DNA of 64,000 nucleotides from positions 8,394 to 72,393 of the IMG/VR virus record IMGVR_UViG_3300033067_001199; one strand, 5' to 3'. The notes under the pieces were generated by a model. The model did not search any database, was not told where the DNA came from, and saw only the letters and a program-made list of their open reading frames with translations. Positions 1 to 10,455 of the stretch are shown piece by piece. Position 1 is the stretch's first letter, and each line of letters begins with the position of its first letter. This DNA is from a virus. Its lineage: Duplodnaviria; Caudoviricetes. The position numbers and the translations under genes were made by a program.

Positions 1-3000
1 AAGGAAAAACAGTTGTCGGGTCAATGCTCCAATTTATTGTTGGCTTTCCATACTTAAACGTACCTGCAGGATATTGATTAGGAAGTGTTTTATGCAAGTC
101 CTCTGTGATGAATGGCACATAAATTTCAAATGCTTGAAAGCAACTGCAAAAACGCCCAGCGGCATCATACAATCTGCCAACGTATTTATACTTACCCCCT
201 CTCTTATGCGCCTTTTGTTTTGGGTCACTCTGTTCATCAATGATGAAATTTGGAACGATGAATGGAAATAGCGGATTGTATTGACCCACGCCTGTTCCAA
301 ACGGGTCAATGGCAATTAAAAGCTCTTGTCCATTAGGATAAATAGGTAAGCAGGAACCAGGCAAAGAGAAAATCAAACCATCAACTACTCTATTTTTGTT
401 ATCGGTTATTATCTGCGGCTGATTAGGAAAGTGTGGAATATTAGGAGTTACCATATCCCCAAAGGCAACGAAAGAATAATTACCATCTTCATCAACTATA
501 TCGGCTCTGCCGGATTCATAAACAACAGTTCCATTACCAACCGAATTTCCATTTGAATCAACCACAGAACCGCGAACTATAGTTGAGCAATTTTTTCGAG
601 CACCTCCCATATTTGCTACCACTATTCCATGTGTTAGGTAAATTCCTAATTGGTTATTATTTATTCCAGAAGAGTCATTTGTTCCATTAAAATCAAATGC
701 AGAAAGAGTTTTCTTGAACAAGTCGGTTAAGCTACCTATGAACATCGTGGTAGTGTTCAAAATTTGCTTATTGTTTACTTGCCAAGCATACAGAAGTCGG
801 TATGGATAATTGTACCCGTATGGATTTCTGTCGCAGATTCCAAAGAAATACCCGTTGTGGTCAGTAGTGCAAATTTCATCATAGGCGCCATCTAACTGAC
901 CGGAACCAGGTTTCGGGGCATCATATTTAACGAGCGCCTTTTCTATCGGAATACCATCAAATCCTTCTGCGTTAGGGTCGGTTATTTCATCCCCGTTATC
1001 ATCAACAGCATCATACAGGTATGCGTTTACGGTTTTCCAAGCTAATTGAGCCAATGTCCTTGTGAACGGAGGGGTTAAGTCCATTATTACAAATGTTCCG
1101 GCTAATGGAATATCTGCATTAGTAACGGTGAATTTTATTTCTTTCTCTTTATCCCAAGTAAATCCATCCTTGTTCAAAACCCCCCACACATTCGTTGATG
1201 TTTTTTGGTATTGGGTTCCAGCAGATATATCGTACATAAATCCTTTCCCGAGCTTATCGCCAAAAGAGCACCAATGAGAAGCCACCCTTGCCACATATTC
1301 TCCTGCCGGTAGATATAATGTAACTTCGCTGTATAAATCGGAGCAAGTTCCACCGCCTCCACAATACAAGTATTTTCCTATTGAAGTTCTATTGCCAGCG
1401 GTTGAGGTATCTAATGCACCATTCAAATCCTTTTGCAATCCTGTGGTTATTTGTCTTGTTATGCCGAACCGCGGAGTTCCTGCGAGATAAATTACAAACC
1501 CTGCTTCTGGTAATCTTTGGTCAAATGCAGTCGCATCGTCTACTCCTGTAGTAATTCCAAAATCTCCACCGGCACCGGTGCCGAACTGCCCACCACCGAA
1601 AAAAGCGAAATTATCTGGAACAGAAGTGTCATGAAATATACCCCCCCTTCTTAGATTATAATTTTCGGTAGGTATTTCCCAAAACGGATACTTTCTAAAA
1701 TTCGGGAACACATCGAAGAAATTACCTTCATCGCTCTGTGCTGAATCATTGAGTCCAAATGATAAAACCCTGCATCGTATAGTTACTTTGTACAGAACCG
1801 GATTTGGTTGGTCAACAAAATCAATCGTGTAATCTGCCTTTAAACAATCTGGTTCGTTGTAACCCTCGACTACTCCCGCATACGATAATTTATTTTTAGC
1901 GAATTTCTGACCGTTGGCAGTCCGGGGAAGGTTATCATATTCCTTTTCGGAAAACGTAGTTGCAACAGGAAGCGTATTTACATTGTTGTAAAACGGATAA
2001 TGAGCAACTTCGTTATTTCCAATTTTATCAAAGAAATCACATGGAGTTAATTCAATTACTTCTCTCCAATTTCCTACATTGTGTTCTTTGACATATAGTG
2101 TAACCTTTTTCAAGATAACCCAGATATTATGGTCAAGTAAATTCACATCATTGAAATCAACATCTATATAGTTGTAAGATGGCGATACGGTTCCTTCGCA
2201 ATTAAGGTTGTTTATAATTACGTTAGAAATAGGACTTAATGCAGATTCTTCAAAGTTGTCGTAATCATATCCTACCCTAAAAAACAAAACTTTATTCTTG
2301 ACAAAATTGAAAAGGATGTTCGTGTCTTTTTTGTACTCGGGCAACGGATTATTGAGATTCGGATATTTGCAAGCATCGAAGAACCGGTCAATTAAATTTA
2401 TACCATACCAATTCTCGGGAACAACTTTGAAGTCCGGTAAAGTGAATAAAATATTGTAATGATTAACCGCCTTTTCGGTTATGGTCAATTTACAGTCACA
2501 CGCTTCAGCTGATAAATAATTATGTATTGGATTGCCTACGTTGTTTATTGTATTGGCTATAAAAATAAAAGCATCGTCACGATTGCCGCCAGGAATATTT
2601 ACTTGTTGAGAAACCAAAGATACACCGGTAACAATATCCTTAACTACAATTTGAAAGTTAGATGCTTGGTTATAAGAAACGGGCAAGTAAACAGTCCAGT
2701 CCTTGAATTTATTTACGTTGTTACCTTTGATAGCGTTAATCATTCTCGGCTTAATACTATCCGTCCAATACAAAAGTTTGCCGTCAATAAAATCAACCCC
2801 TGTAATTCTTTCTCCTTTGCTCCATTGGAAATCGAACTCAATCACTAATTCAATTACTCCGTTAGGGTTTCCGTTGCTTACTTTTGTTGGATAGTATCGG
2901 AGAATTTTGTGTTTACTGTCGGACGACCAGACAAAGTACAGAATAGTATTAAACTCTTTATCCTCAACCCCTCCCAAACAACGACAATCGGCAGACGTAA

Positions 3001-3181
3001 GGTTATATGCAACCAACACGTTACCCTTCATATTACAGGGAACGAATTGTTGCCCTTTGTAAGTAACCGAGTTGCGCATATTCTCGGCATTGCGATAATC
3101 TTCGGGAGCAACAGCATTGTCACGCGAGTCCATGTCTAAGCCACCCACGCTCAAAAACTTTAAAGTAGGATGTTTTGCCAT
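1..3181 (-). CDS. Tail stabilisation / tail tubular protein-like (crAss-type, P22 gp10-like), >1060 aa, 3'-truncated by window edge; absent from the supplied ORF track
   Basis: ATG at 3181 overlaps the upstream TAA (TAATG). It translates MAKHPTLKFLSVGGLDMDSRDNAVAPEDYRNAENMR...LLYWTDSIKPRMIN...FRVGYDYDNFEESALSPISN...QKFAKNKLSYAGVVEGY. The frame was open in every segment I translated (sampled, not every codon) down to base 2. It follows the ring-protein genes. Confidence 0.8.
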   Translation of the reverse strand, partial: MAKHPTLKFLSVGGLDMDSRDNAVAPEDYRNAENMRNSVTYKGQQFVPCNMKGNVLVAYNLTSADCRCLGGVEDKEFNTILYFVWSSDSKHKILRYYPTKVSNGNPNGVIELVIEFDFQWSKGERITGVDFIDGKLLYWTDSIKPRMINAIKGNNVNKFKDWTVYLPVSYNQASNFQIVVKDIVTGVSLVSQQVNIPGGNRDDAFIFIANTINNVGNPIHNYLSAEACDCKLTITEKAVNHYNILFTLPDFKVVPENWYGINLIDRFFDACKYPNLNNPLPEYKKDTNILFNFVKNKVLFFRVGYDYDNFEESALSPISNVIINNLNCEGTVSPSYNYIDVDFNDVNLLDHNIWVILKKVTLYVKEHNVGNWREVIELTPCDFFDKIGNNEVAHYPFYNNVNTLPVATTFSEKEYDNLPRTANGQKFAKNKLSYAGVVEGYNEPDCLKADYTIDFVDQPNPVLYKVTIRCRVLSFGLNDSAQSDEGNFFDVFPNFRKYPFWEIPTENYNLRRGGIFHDTSVPDNFAFFGGGQFGTGAGGDFGITTGVDDATAFDQRLPEAGFVIYLAGTPRFGITRQITTGLQKDLNGALDTSTAGNRTSIGKYLYCGGGGTCSDLYSEVTLYLPAGEYVARVASHWCSFGDKLGKGFMYDISAGTQYQKTSTNVWGVLNKDGFTWDKEKEIKFTVTNADIPLAGTFVIMDLTPPFTRTLAQLAWKTVNAYLYDAVDDNGDEITDPNAEGFDGIPIEKALVKYDAPKPGSGQLDGAYDEICTTDHNGYFFGICDRNPYGYNYPYRLLYAWQVNNKQILNTTTMFIGSLTDLFKKTLSAFDFNGTNDSSGINNNQLGIYLTHGIVVANMGGARKNCSTIVRGSVVDSNGNSVGNGTVVYESGRADIVDEDGNYSFVAFGDMVTPNIPHFPNQPQIITDNKNRVVDGLIFSLPGSCLPIYPNGQELLIAIDPFGTGVGQYNPLFPFIVPNFIIDEQSDPKQKAHKRGGKYKYVGRLYDAAGRFCSCFQAFEIYVPFITEDLHKTLPNQYPAGTFKYGKPTINWSIDPTTVFP

Positions 3182-3999
3182 TATCGTTTAACTGCTTGAT
3201 GAATTGAACTACGGTAAATGTCAAGTACCTCCACTATCGTCATTGCCATCTTACGCGCAATCAGCCTCTTTACCTGACGCTGGTACTGTCTTTTATGCTC
3301 TGGGAAATCTCGGTGCTCATAAGGGTCTTTAGAGTAGAGTGCGCGCTTCCAATGAACATATTCGGTAAGTGCACCTTCATATCCATCCGGAACAATAGCG
3401 TTTCCTCTTTCGCTTATTCCGTTGAACTTCCACTCTAAAATTATTTCGTCATGCTTGAGATACCTATCAAAGACAATTCTTCTGGTCTGCCAATCGAGTT
3501 TGAACCCAGCCACGTAACCACCTTCTCCCCTTCCATACATACCGGCCACGAACTGACCATTTTTGAAGTAAGGAAAATAACTCCAATAGCCATACCACGC
3601 ACCGGAATTAACCAAGTTGCCGCCCTGTTCTTCATCCCACTTGTCGGCTTGCTGGTCAATTTGTTGAGCCAACTCCTCTCCACAACAATTCAATTTAGGA
3701 GGAGCAATACAAATATTATCGTTAGCGTTCAGATTTACGATGTAGCCGCGGTAACAAATTGAAATCTTGTAGTAATCCATAAACCCTTCGGGCATATTGA
3801 TATACTTCTCTTTAGTGATAGGGTGAGTTATAACCGGTATTCTATCGGTCATAATGCTACTTCCCTGCATAACATTAGCCAGCCCCAAATCCTTGAACCC
3901 CCACGTTGCCCATTTCAGAAGTTGAACATCGTGATTGTTAGAATCAATGCCCAAATCTTGCTTAATAGAATTTACTATGTACCACAAATCCTTTATCAT
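3181..3999 (-). CDS. Virion neck/ring protein-like (272 aa)
   Basis: ORF track; translationally coupled in the structural operon just before the stabilisation protein; size and position match crAss-type ring proteins. Confidence 0.55.
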   Translation of the reverse strand: MIKDLWYIVNSIKQDLGIDSNNHDVQLLKWATWGFKDLGLANVMQGSSIMTDRIPVITHPITKEKYINMPEGFMDYYKISICYRGYIVNLNANDNICIAPPKLNCCGEELAQQIDQQADKWDEEQGGNLVNSGAWYGYWSYFPYFKNGQFVAGMYGRGEGGYVAGFKLDWQTRRIVFDRYLKHDEIILEWKFNGISERGNAIVPDGYEGALTEYVHWKRALYSKDPYEHRDFPEHKRQYQRQVKRLIARKMAMTIVEVLDIYRSSIHQAVKR

Positions 4000-4595
4000 G
4001 GAGTAGTTTTGTTGCTGTTATCTTTATCCTCCGGAATCTGAGCTTTCGGTACCAAGGCATCGAAGCACATTTTAATCAACTTCGCCTCGACCGTAGCATT
4101 ACCTATCAACTCTGTATCTTTTGCATTTTCGAACAACCAAATCAAATTAGGAACTAACTTCAAAAGTATTTTGTTCGGTGCCGGTACCGGAAAGTATCTG
4201 AACAATAATCTGTCGCCCTGTTGATAGTAGCCCGTTTTACCGGCAAGCAATCCAACTTCTGTTCCGTTGTTAGTAGCAATCGAACCAGGCTTCAGCGGAA
4301 TCCAATTCGTTTCTTCCTCTGGTCCAACAAATCTGAAAGCGCCATTGTTAGCAATCGGGCAAACATCGCATGGTAACTTGATGTATGTTCTTCCGAAATC
4401 ATCCACCTTAATATCACTTACCGAAAATTCTTTAATGAAATCACCCGTTACACCTCCGCTGGAAGCAAACATTTCTTCCAACAACTGACCTCTGAACGAA
4501 TCGGCCATAGCCAGCACAACTCTATCATCAACCTTATCGTGGTTGTTGATACCGAGCATTTCGACTATTAACTCTGGAAATTGTGTAACGTTCAT
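3996..4595 (-). CDS. Virion neck/ring protein-like (199 aa)
   Basis: ORF track; overlapping stop/start with the next gene; structural operon context. Confidence 0.5.
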   Translation of the reverse strand: MNVTQFPELIVEMLGINNHDKVDDRVVLAMADSFRGQLLEEMFASSGGVTGDFIKEFSVSDIKVDDFGRTYIKLPCDVCPIANNGAFRFVGPEEETNWIPLKPGSIATNNGTEVGLLAGKTGYYQQGDRLLFRYFPVPAPNKILLKLVPNLIWLFENAKDTELIGNATVEAKLIKMCFDALVPKAQIPEDKDNSNKTTP

Positions 4596-4614
4596 TTCTT
4601 AACTTATAAGTGAA

Positions 4615-5328
4615 TTATTGTCCTGCCGCTATTCTCTCTTTCATGTATGCTTCAAATTCATCATCACGCAAATAAATTCCGAAATATCTTGCAACCCGTA
4701 TATAAAAATCGGTGTGTGTTGTTACCGGCCAATCCAATTCCACATTCGGAACGTTAGGATTAGGCACATCCTCGTCATTAGCATTCAAAATATAGTTCCG
4801 AACCGGTGTTATGGGTAGTCTTAGGTATGTGAAATATATTGTATCAATTTCGTCCGGCTTAACTTCATATACTCCATTAACGAAACACACAATAGGTTTC
4901 TTCAACACAGGGCGAAGTAACGCTGACCCCAATCGGTAGTTATATTCTTCGTCTGTTACCGGTTCAATCTTCCTCCATGTATTCTGAACCTTCTCACTAC
5001 AATTCTCCGGGTTACTCACCTCTGGATATCTAATCGTAGAAAAATCACCGTAGTCTTGAGGTTGAGGAAACAAGCCACTTGAGTTCTTTTGAATAAACAC
5101 CCTCTTCCTCAAATGCTTAACATCATCAGTTATCTTCATACTAACCTCATAGGCTTGACGCGCAAAAGGAGCACCTATCTGGTACTCCTCTGGTAGTCCG
5201 AACTTGAGCTTGAAGAACTCGATGTTTACCGCTGAAAGGGCAATATTGTAGTCCTGCGGCTTTATCGCTCCGCTGAACAGCTTTCTTGATAGAAAGTTAA
5301 TCCATTTGTAGCCCTCTTCTACGGTCAT
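4615..5328 (-). CDS. Head-tail adaptor/ring protein-like (237 aa)
   Basis: ORF track; helical N-terminus and C-terminal YLRLPxTP...VELDWP...H segment; structural context. Confidence 0.55.
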   Translation of the reverse strand: MTVEEGYKWINFLSRKLFSGAIKPQDYNIALSAVNIEFFKLKFGLPEEYQIGAPFARQAYEVSMKITDDVKHLRKRVFIQKNSSGLFPQPQDYGDFSTIRYPEVSNPENCSEKVQNTWRKIEPVTDEEYNYRLGSALLRPVLKKPIVCFVNGVYEVKPDEIDTIYFTYLRLPITPVRNYILNANDEDVPNPNVPNVELDWPVTTHTDFYIRVARYFGIYLRDDEFEAYMKERIAAGQ

Positions 5329-5331
5329 TGC

Positions 5332-6822
5332 TTAATAGTTTAGCCACTTATTTAATGTGGAGTTATACTGAATTTTAATAGCCTGTCCAGCAGTTAAAGC
5401 GGTAGGAACGTGTGACTCTACACTATCCGCATCTCCACTCAATGCCGTACTCCAATGCAGCGCAGTAATTATCTGTGTGCTTGTCAGAGTTATTATCTGC
5501 CATGGCGTAGGTGTGCCTGGTAAACGAATAGTGAAATTGGCAATAGTTCCAGCAGGGTTAATTGTGTTGGATTGAGTTGAAATCACAACCGAGTCACCTG
5601 TTACCGGAGTATATGTGGTGCCGTATGAAATAGCCCTTGGAACAAAGTCGCCTGTTCCACTTGTATCCGTCAGCACATAGTTTACGCCAGAAGTCATGCC
5701 GGGGATTGAAATACTTCTTATGCCTGCTATGGCAAGTTGGTTGGATGAAGGAGTAGCTTGGTATCCTATTCCGATTGACCTATTTACATTTGTGCCAGGA
5801 TTTATTTCTGCCCCTATCGCTGTATTATAACTACCTGTCGAATTGGTTATGAATGACCCCTCCCCTACTGCCGTATTATACTGTCCTGTCGTATTTGCCG
5901 CCATAGCGCCCTTGCCTATTGCGGTATTGTAGCTTCCTGTCGTATTGAACAGAAGAGAGGTGTATCCAATAGAAGTGTTTTCAACACCTACGGTACTAAC
6001 AGTTAAAGCCCCAAGCCCAACAGCAGTATTTGCCCCTCCTGTTGTATTTGCCGCCAGCGCAGCCCTTCCAATGGCTGTATTAGCTAGTCCTGTTGTATTC
6101 GCCAATGATGCCTCATATCCAAAAGCAGTATTCCCCAAGGTATAGTCTATCCTTCCACTAGGCCGATTGTTCACCCTAAAATTCAATCCTACCGTATCCG
6201 TATTTCCTAAGAAGTTTGCATTACTTAATCCCGAATTACCGGTAACGCACCAAGGAGCGCAACCCCATTCTACCCTACCTGTGGTATCCTTGGCCACAAG
6301 TGCGCTTCCTGCCGAAATTGGCACCTCTGGCGCTACATAAGTATTTCCGTAAAACTTAACCGTATCATTAAAGTTTGCCCTTGAATTGAAGTTTACAGAT
6401 GAAGCAAAGTTTTTCAAATCATCCAGAGAGGCTAAATACGTTACTTTCTTAATTGGAACACCAGCATCCCACACAACACTAAAATTGATGTAGAACTTTT
6501 TAATCGGATAATACGTTGACAGCGGTGTAACACCGAACAGATTTACATTGGTAGTAGTAGCCAGCGATAAGTTAGTCGCATCAAATATTACATTCCACGA
6601 AGTGCTTGCATACGGCAACGAAGCATAAGTAAGCGTATAGGTATTGCTACCAAGATTAACCGAACCTGATGTGGTTACATAAAACGTCTGCCCAGCAATA
6701 TCCGAATAGTCCAGATTGTTGAGTGTCTGCCCCCCTGCAGGTATGTAGTACGTAGGGGGATAATTTGTTGCAGTTGCGAAAAGGTCTGCTAATAGCAAAA
6801 GGGTTAATAACATTGTTCTCAT
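5332..6822 (-). CDS. Fibre/adhesin-like protein with N-terminal signal peptide and 17-aa NTAxG repeats (496 aa)
   Basis: Start moved to MRTMLLTLLLLADLFATA (ATG 6822); Gly/Asn/Thr-rich beta-repeat region resembling trimeric autotransporter heads and phage fibres. Confidence 0.65.
   Translation of the reverse strand: MRTMLLTLLLLADLFATATNYPPTYYIPAGGQTLNNLDYSDIAGQTFYVTTSGSVNLGSNTYTLTYASLPYASTSWNVIFDATNLSLATTTNVNLFGVTPLSTYYPIKKFYINFSVVWDAGVPIKKVTYLASLDDLKNFASSVNFNSRANFNDTVKFYGNTYVAPEVPISAGSALVAKDTTGRVEWGCAPWCVTGNSGLSNANFLGNTDTVGLNFRVNNRPSGRIDYTLGNTAFGYEASLANTTGLANTAIGRAALAANTTGGANTAVGLGALTVSTVGVENTSIGYTSLLFNTTGSYNTAIGKGAMAANTTGQYNTAVGEGSFITNSTGSYNTAIGAEINPGTNVNRSIGIGYQATPSSNQLAIAGIRSISIPGMTSGVNYVLTDTSGTGDFVPRAISYGTTYTPVTGDSVVISTQSNTINPAGTIANFTIRLPGTPTPWQIITLTSTQIITALHWSTALSGDADSVESHVPTALTAGQAIKIQYNSTLNKWLNY
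5811..6132 (-). repeat. Coding tandem repeat, 17-aa period (NTAxGxxAxxxNTTGxx), six full copies plus a partial copy
   Basis: NTAFGYEASLANTTGLA / NTAIGRAALAANTTGGA / NTAVGLGALTVSTVGVE / NTSIGYTSLLFNTTGSY / NTAIGKGAMAANTTGQY / NTAVGEGSFITNSTGSY / NTAIG. Confidence 0.9.
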
Positions 6823-6832
6823 ATTTATTGAT

Positions 6833-7417
6833 TTATAGGTTAGATACTGCATAATACATTGTTATTTTCAAAGTCGCATTACCGGCAGTTGGATTTGATG
6901 TTGGAGTTGTAATCTTAAATGCCCCATTGGAGTATGTGTTTGAACCACTAACTCCTGCATTCTGTTGTAAATTTCGAAAATAAAATGTGTTTTGAGTCAA
7001 TGCTAATGCGCTACTTAAAGTAAGCCATGTTCCCCCTCCATAAGTAAATATTAGTGTTTGGTCTGTTGCATAAGCCGCACTCACATAAATGTACTCTACC
7101 GTCATTGATATTGGAACAATTACTGTGTTTGCCCCTTGTGCCGCTACAATAGTTATAGGTGTTGTGTGAAGTGCAAGTATTTGAGCCGCACTAACCGTTA
7201 CCGTTGAAGATTGTATTGCACTACTTCCACTCGCTTGCCACGTAGCATTTCCACTTCCATCCGAAGTAAGAACATCGCCATTAGATGCTCCTGTTGGAAT
7301 AACTACACTGCCATTCAGAGTTACCTTGTTGTTGAATTCCCATTCTTGATTTTTGACTACCTGCGAATTGGCAAATAGGAATCCAAATAATAGAACTGAT
7401 AATAATTTTGTTTTCAT
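6833..7417 (-). CDS. Signal-peptide-bearing fibre-like protein (194 aa)
   Basis: Start moved to MKTKLLSVLLFGFLFANS-Q (ATG 7417); contains fibre-type motif GDVLTSDGSGNATWQ. Confidence 0.6.
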   Translation of the reverse strand: MKTKLLSVLLFGFLFANSQVVKNQEWEFNNKVTLNGSVVIPTGASNGDVLTSDGSGNATWQASGSSAIQSSTVTVSAAQILALHTTPITIVAAQGANTVIVPISMTVEYIYVSAAYATDQTLIFTYGGGTWLTLSSALALTQNTFYFRNLQQNAGVSGSNTYSNGAFKITTPTSNPTAGNATLKITMYYAVSNL

Positions 7418-7427
7418 GCGTTTGTTT

Positions 7428-9323
7428 TTATTGGTAATCTGCCGCAACTTCGGAAGCACCGGTTATATTAATAATAAATGTTAGCGTGTCTGTTACGTTA
7501 TCATAAGTCCAATCAGAATTTTTCAACAGAACTCCGTCCAAATAAACGCGAAGCATTGTCTTTCCGGTGCCACCCAATACGTTAGGATAATCCTGAACAG
7601 CATTAGTTGTAATAAACGGAACCATATATTGAATACCAATAACTGCCGCTGGCGAACCAATTGATAGCTTAGTAACATTAAATGCAACTAATCTCAAATC
7701 ACCACTTGCTTTACTGAACCCTTGAACCGCAATGGTATAGTTATTCGCACTAAAATCAACCCCTGCTCCACCTATATCTTGTAATTTTGCAGACTCTATA
7801 AATGTTCCGCTTCCCGTATAGTTGTATGCAATAGCAACATCATTTCCAACTCCACCACGTAAAAGGTTGCGAATCTGCATGGCATTGGGTGTTGTGTCCT
7901 TTAATATTAAATCGGCAAACATTTCGATAATTCCGTTACTAACATTTACAAACCCTATAGATATACCGCCTATTACGGCATTTACAAGACCGCTCCCATT
8001 AATGATAAGTCGCCCACTTATTCCGGTTGCCGAAGGATTATTTACCGCTTCCAACCTCGCGTATATTCTTAGAATCTCTCCCTTTACCTTTAGCGTTTTA
8101 CCATCAGTAGTTTTATCTGTAGAACAAGATGATAGAGTTTCCCACGCAGTAGTTGTAGTCAAATGTGTATCTGGGTCGCTAAATACTAAAGCTACACCAT
8201 TTATTCCATTCTGCCCTGCTGGTCCAATCGAGGCCGATGAATCATACAAATTATTCCATGCTAAATCTCCAACGTATCTCCATTGAACCCAACTACCATT
8301 CATTTGTAGTTGAATCTCCTTGCCATCGGTTCCGCTTTCACAACCACAGTCATTGATAACCGGTGCAACTGCATCTTCCTGTAAACAGGTATCGCAATTA
8401 GGATTACACTTGGTCACCTCATAGAACTTAGATACGTGGCCAGAAATATCCTCCGTATAGCCACACAGACGAGCACGAACAGCCATAGAATACTCGAACA
8501 GGCCTAACATCAGCCTGGTATATAAAATCGCCTTTTGGGACGCATTAGCCTCATCATAATAGTTTGTCCTTATTCCAGACAAACAGCAATACATTCTACA
8601 AAGGATATCATTACACACAACCAACTGCTCTCCGTTGATAGCGTATCTCACAATAATTGTGTCATATCCCTTAACAAACGTAATAAAGCCCTCAACAGAA
8701 AAACCATACGTTCCTGTCCATAAAGGACTCTGGGTAAAAGAAGTTGAACTGCCAGTAGTAGGAGAAAGACCACTTCCAAAAGGAGGCGCGATCTCTATTG
8801 TTCTGGAAACCGATTCAAATACGAACCCATCAGCACCGGCAAGAGATGTATTATCCGTTACCGTAAATGTTGCAGGCGAACCATCGCAATTATAGGTTGC
8901 TGCCAAAACACCTGTCTTCAGCAACTCAACACAAATTACAAAGCTCAGCTGCTTTTCTACATAAACAGTATCCCCACCTAAAACAACTTTCTGCTTTACA
9001 TAAACAGCATACGTGCCGGCTATTGCCGACAGCCCTCCGGTTACGTGCGGAAGGTCTTTCACTATCTGGGCTACTGAATCAAAATCAAAATCTGGCGAGG
9101 TGTAATCATCCGTCAGATACCCGGCATTCTCATACACAGGAGTCCCGATAGGTGAAACAATTCTCAATAATGATTTAGCAGTATCTACACCAGCAACAAA
9201 ACCAAGAGAAGCATAATTCTCTACATCATCAATAGTTACTTGGTTGTATGGGCTTGCTAAAAGGTTTAATTCTATGGTGTTACCATGAAGTATAGCTGCC
9301 TTTAATTGTGCCGGTGTTGCCAT
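7428..9323 (-). CDS. Putative structural protein with Cys-rich segment and collagen-like motif (631 aa)
   Basis: ORF track; CxxxxCxxYCC...CNPNCDTC...CGC cluster, EIQLQ...VQWRY...WxxL and GPAGQNGING motifs; own TAttTTTG promoter at 9346-9353. Confidence 0.5.
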   Translation of the reverse strand: MATPAQLKAAILHGNTIELNLLASPYNQVTIDDVENYASLGFVAGVDTAKSLLRIVSPIGTPVYENAGYLTDDYTSPDFDFDSVAQIVKDLPHVTGGLSAIAGTYAVYVKQKVVLGGDTVYVEKQLSFVICVELLKTGVLAATYNCDGSPATFTVTDNTSLAGADGFVFESVSRTIEIAPPFGSGLSPTTGSSTSFTQSPLWTGTYGFSVEGFITFVKGYDTIIVRYAINGEQLVVCNDILCRMYCCLSGIRTNYYDEANASQKAILYTRLMLGLFEYSMAVRARLCGYTEDISGHVSKFYEVTKCNPNCDTCLQEDAVAPVINDCGCESGTDGKEIQLQMNGSWVQWRYVGDLAWNNLYDSSASIGPAGQNGINGVALVFSDPDTHLTTTTAWETLSSCSTDKTTDGKTLKVKGEILRIYARLEAVNNPSATGISGRLIINGSGLVNAVIGGISIGFVNVSNGIIEMFADLILKDTTPNAMQIRNLLRGGVGNDVAIAYNYTGSGTFIESAKLQDIGGAGVDFSANNYTIAVQGFSKASGDLRLVAFNVTKLSIGSPAAVIGIQYMVPFITTNAVQDYPNVLGGTGKTMLRVYLDGVLLKNSDWTYDNVTDTLTFIINITGASEVAADYQ

Positions 9324-9345
9324 TGTCTGATTTAATTTACTGTTA

Positions 9346-9353
9346 CAAAAATA
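9346..9353 (-). promoter_or_regulatory. -7 box TAttTTTG
   Basis: 22 nt upstream of ATG 9323; same TATTTTTGTAAC context as at 51871-51882. Confidence 0.55.
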
Positions 9354-9423
9354 AAAAGCTACACTATCATTGACGAATTAAATTCAATCAAGGACAATGT
9401 AGCCTGCTTATTTTAAATTACAC

Positions 9424-10365
9424 CTATACCCCTGCCGCTTCCTCTTCCTTCTCCCTTACAGCAGATACAATAGCCTCGTAAAGTTCACCGCTGTCAACAT
9501 CACGAAGATGTTTAACCAGAGTAGAAGTAGCGTCCTGCCCTTTGGCAACGGTAAGAATCTTACCCTTTCCTTCAGGGCCAGCCCAGAACCATGCTTTCTT
9601 AGGTTTATCGAAATAGATAACCTCCGCAGCAACGGCTTCATTAACCTTGGTCTTAAACGTCCTAACTTCACTGTTCAGTTGGTCCATAAAATCCTTCGGG
9701 TCGTCTTCGGCTTTTGCCAGCAAGAAGTTTTTAATTCTGCTAATAGGCATATCTTCATCCCAATCCGATTCTAACGTCTTATAGATCGAAATGGCCTCTT
9801 CTTTAGTAAGGTCATTCACAATGTAAGACTTAGCCTTAACGATAGCCTCCTGCTTATTGTAAGCTATCTCCTGCTCAAGAACTTCATTTCTTTCTTTAAA
9901 GATGAAGTGGCTGAAGGTGCTCAATGCCATGGTGACTTTAGCATCGTCTGAATGAAGTTTTTTGTCCTTTCCCTCTGTAAAGTAGGCGGTATTCGTTTCG
10001 CAACGAGGGTGTGTAGTCAAAAAATAATACAGGTCAATTTGGTCCTTTTTAACCTCCAAGATACCATTCCGAAAAACTATTGCATCCGGCATATTGACAA
10101 CTGTTGGCACCCCTTTTTCTCTGCCAACGGTAGCCTTTGTCACATATCGGATTTCGACTGCGCTTCCGTTCATAATTCCCGAGTAAGCCGGTGGAAGTGC
10201 GTAAGATTCCGGATAGGTTACAACTCTTTTATCATCCACCACTTTTTCTCCTTGATAGGTTGGTGTAAGATAGAATTTGACGGATTTCTTGAGCTTAAAG
10301 CCCTTTCCCAACTGTGCTTGCCAGTTGTCGTCCCCTGTCCATTCCTTGTTGTTCTTGTAAATCAT
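9424..10365 (-). CDS. Conserved capsid-operon protein (313 aa)
   Basis: ORF track; immediately downstream of the major capsid gene, as in crAss-like head modules. Confidence 0.5.
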   Translation of the reverse strand: MIYKNNKEWTGDDNWQAQLGKGFKLKKSVKFYLTPTYQGEKVVDDKRVVTYPESYALPPAYSGIMNGSAVEIRYVTKATVGREKGVPTVVNMPDAIVFRNGILEVKKDQIDLYYFLTTHPRCETNTAYFTEGKDKKLHSDDAKVTMALSTFSHFIFKERNEVLEQEIAYNKQEAIVKAKSYIVNDLTKEEAISIYKTLESDWDEDMPISRIKNFLLAKAEDDPKDFMDQLNSEVRTFKTKVNEAVAAEVIYFDKPKKAWFWAGPEGKGKILTVAKGQDATSTLVKHLRDVDSGELYEAIVSAVREKEEEAAGV

Positions 10366-10455
10366 ATACTTAATTGAATTTGGTGACTTCTTTAAAACTA
10401 CCGCGCCCCCTCACTCTTACAGGAGTTCGGGGGCTTTCCGCAGTAGGTTATCTTA

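Noticed and set aside
1-3181. Apparent ORF desert suggesting stop-codon reassignment or pseudogenes
   Set aside because: A single minus-strand frame from ATG 3181 was open in all sampled segments to the window edge under the standard code; the track probably omitted it because it has no stop. TAG/TAA/TGA end genes normally elsewhere (e.g. MCP TAG TAA).
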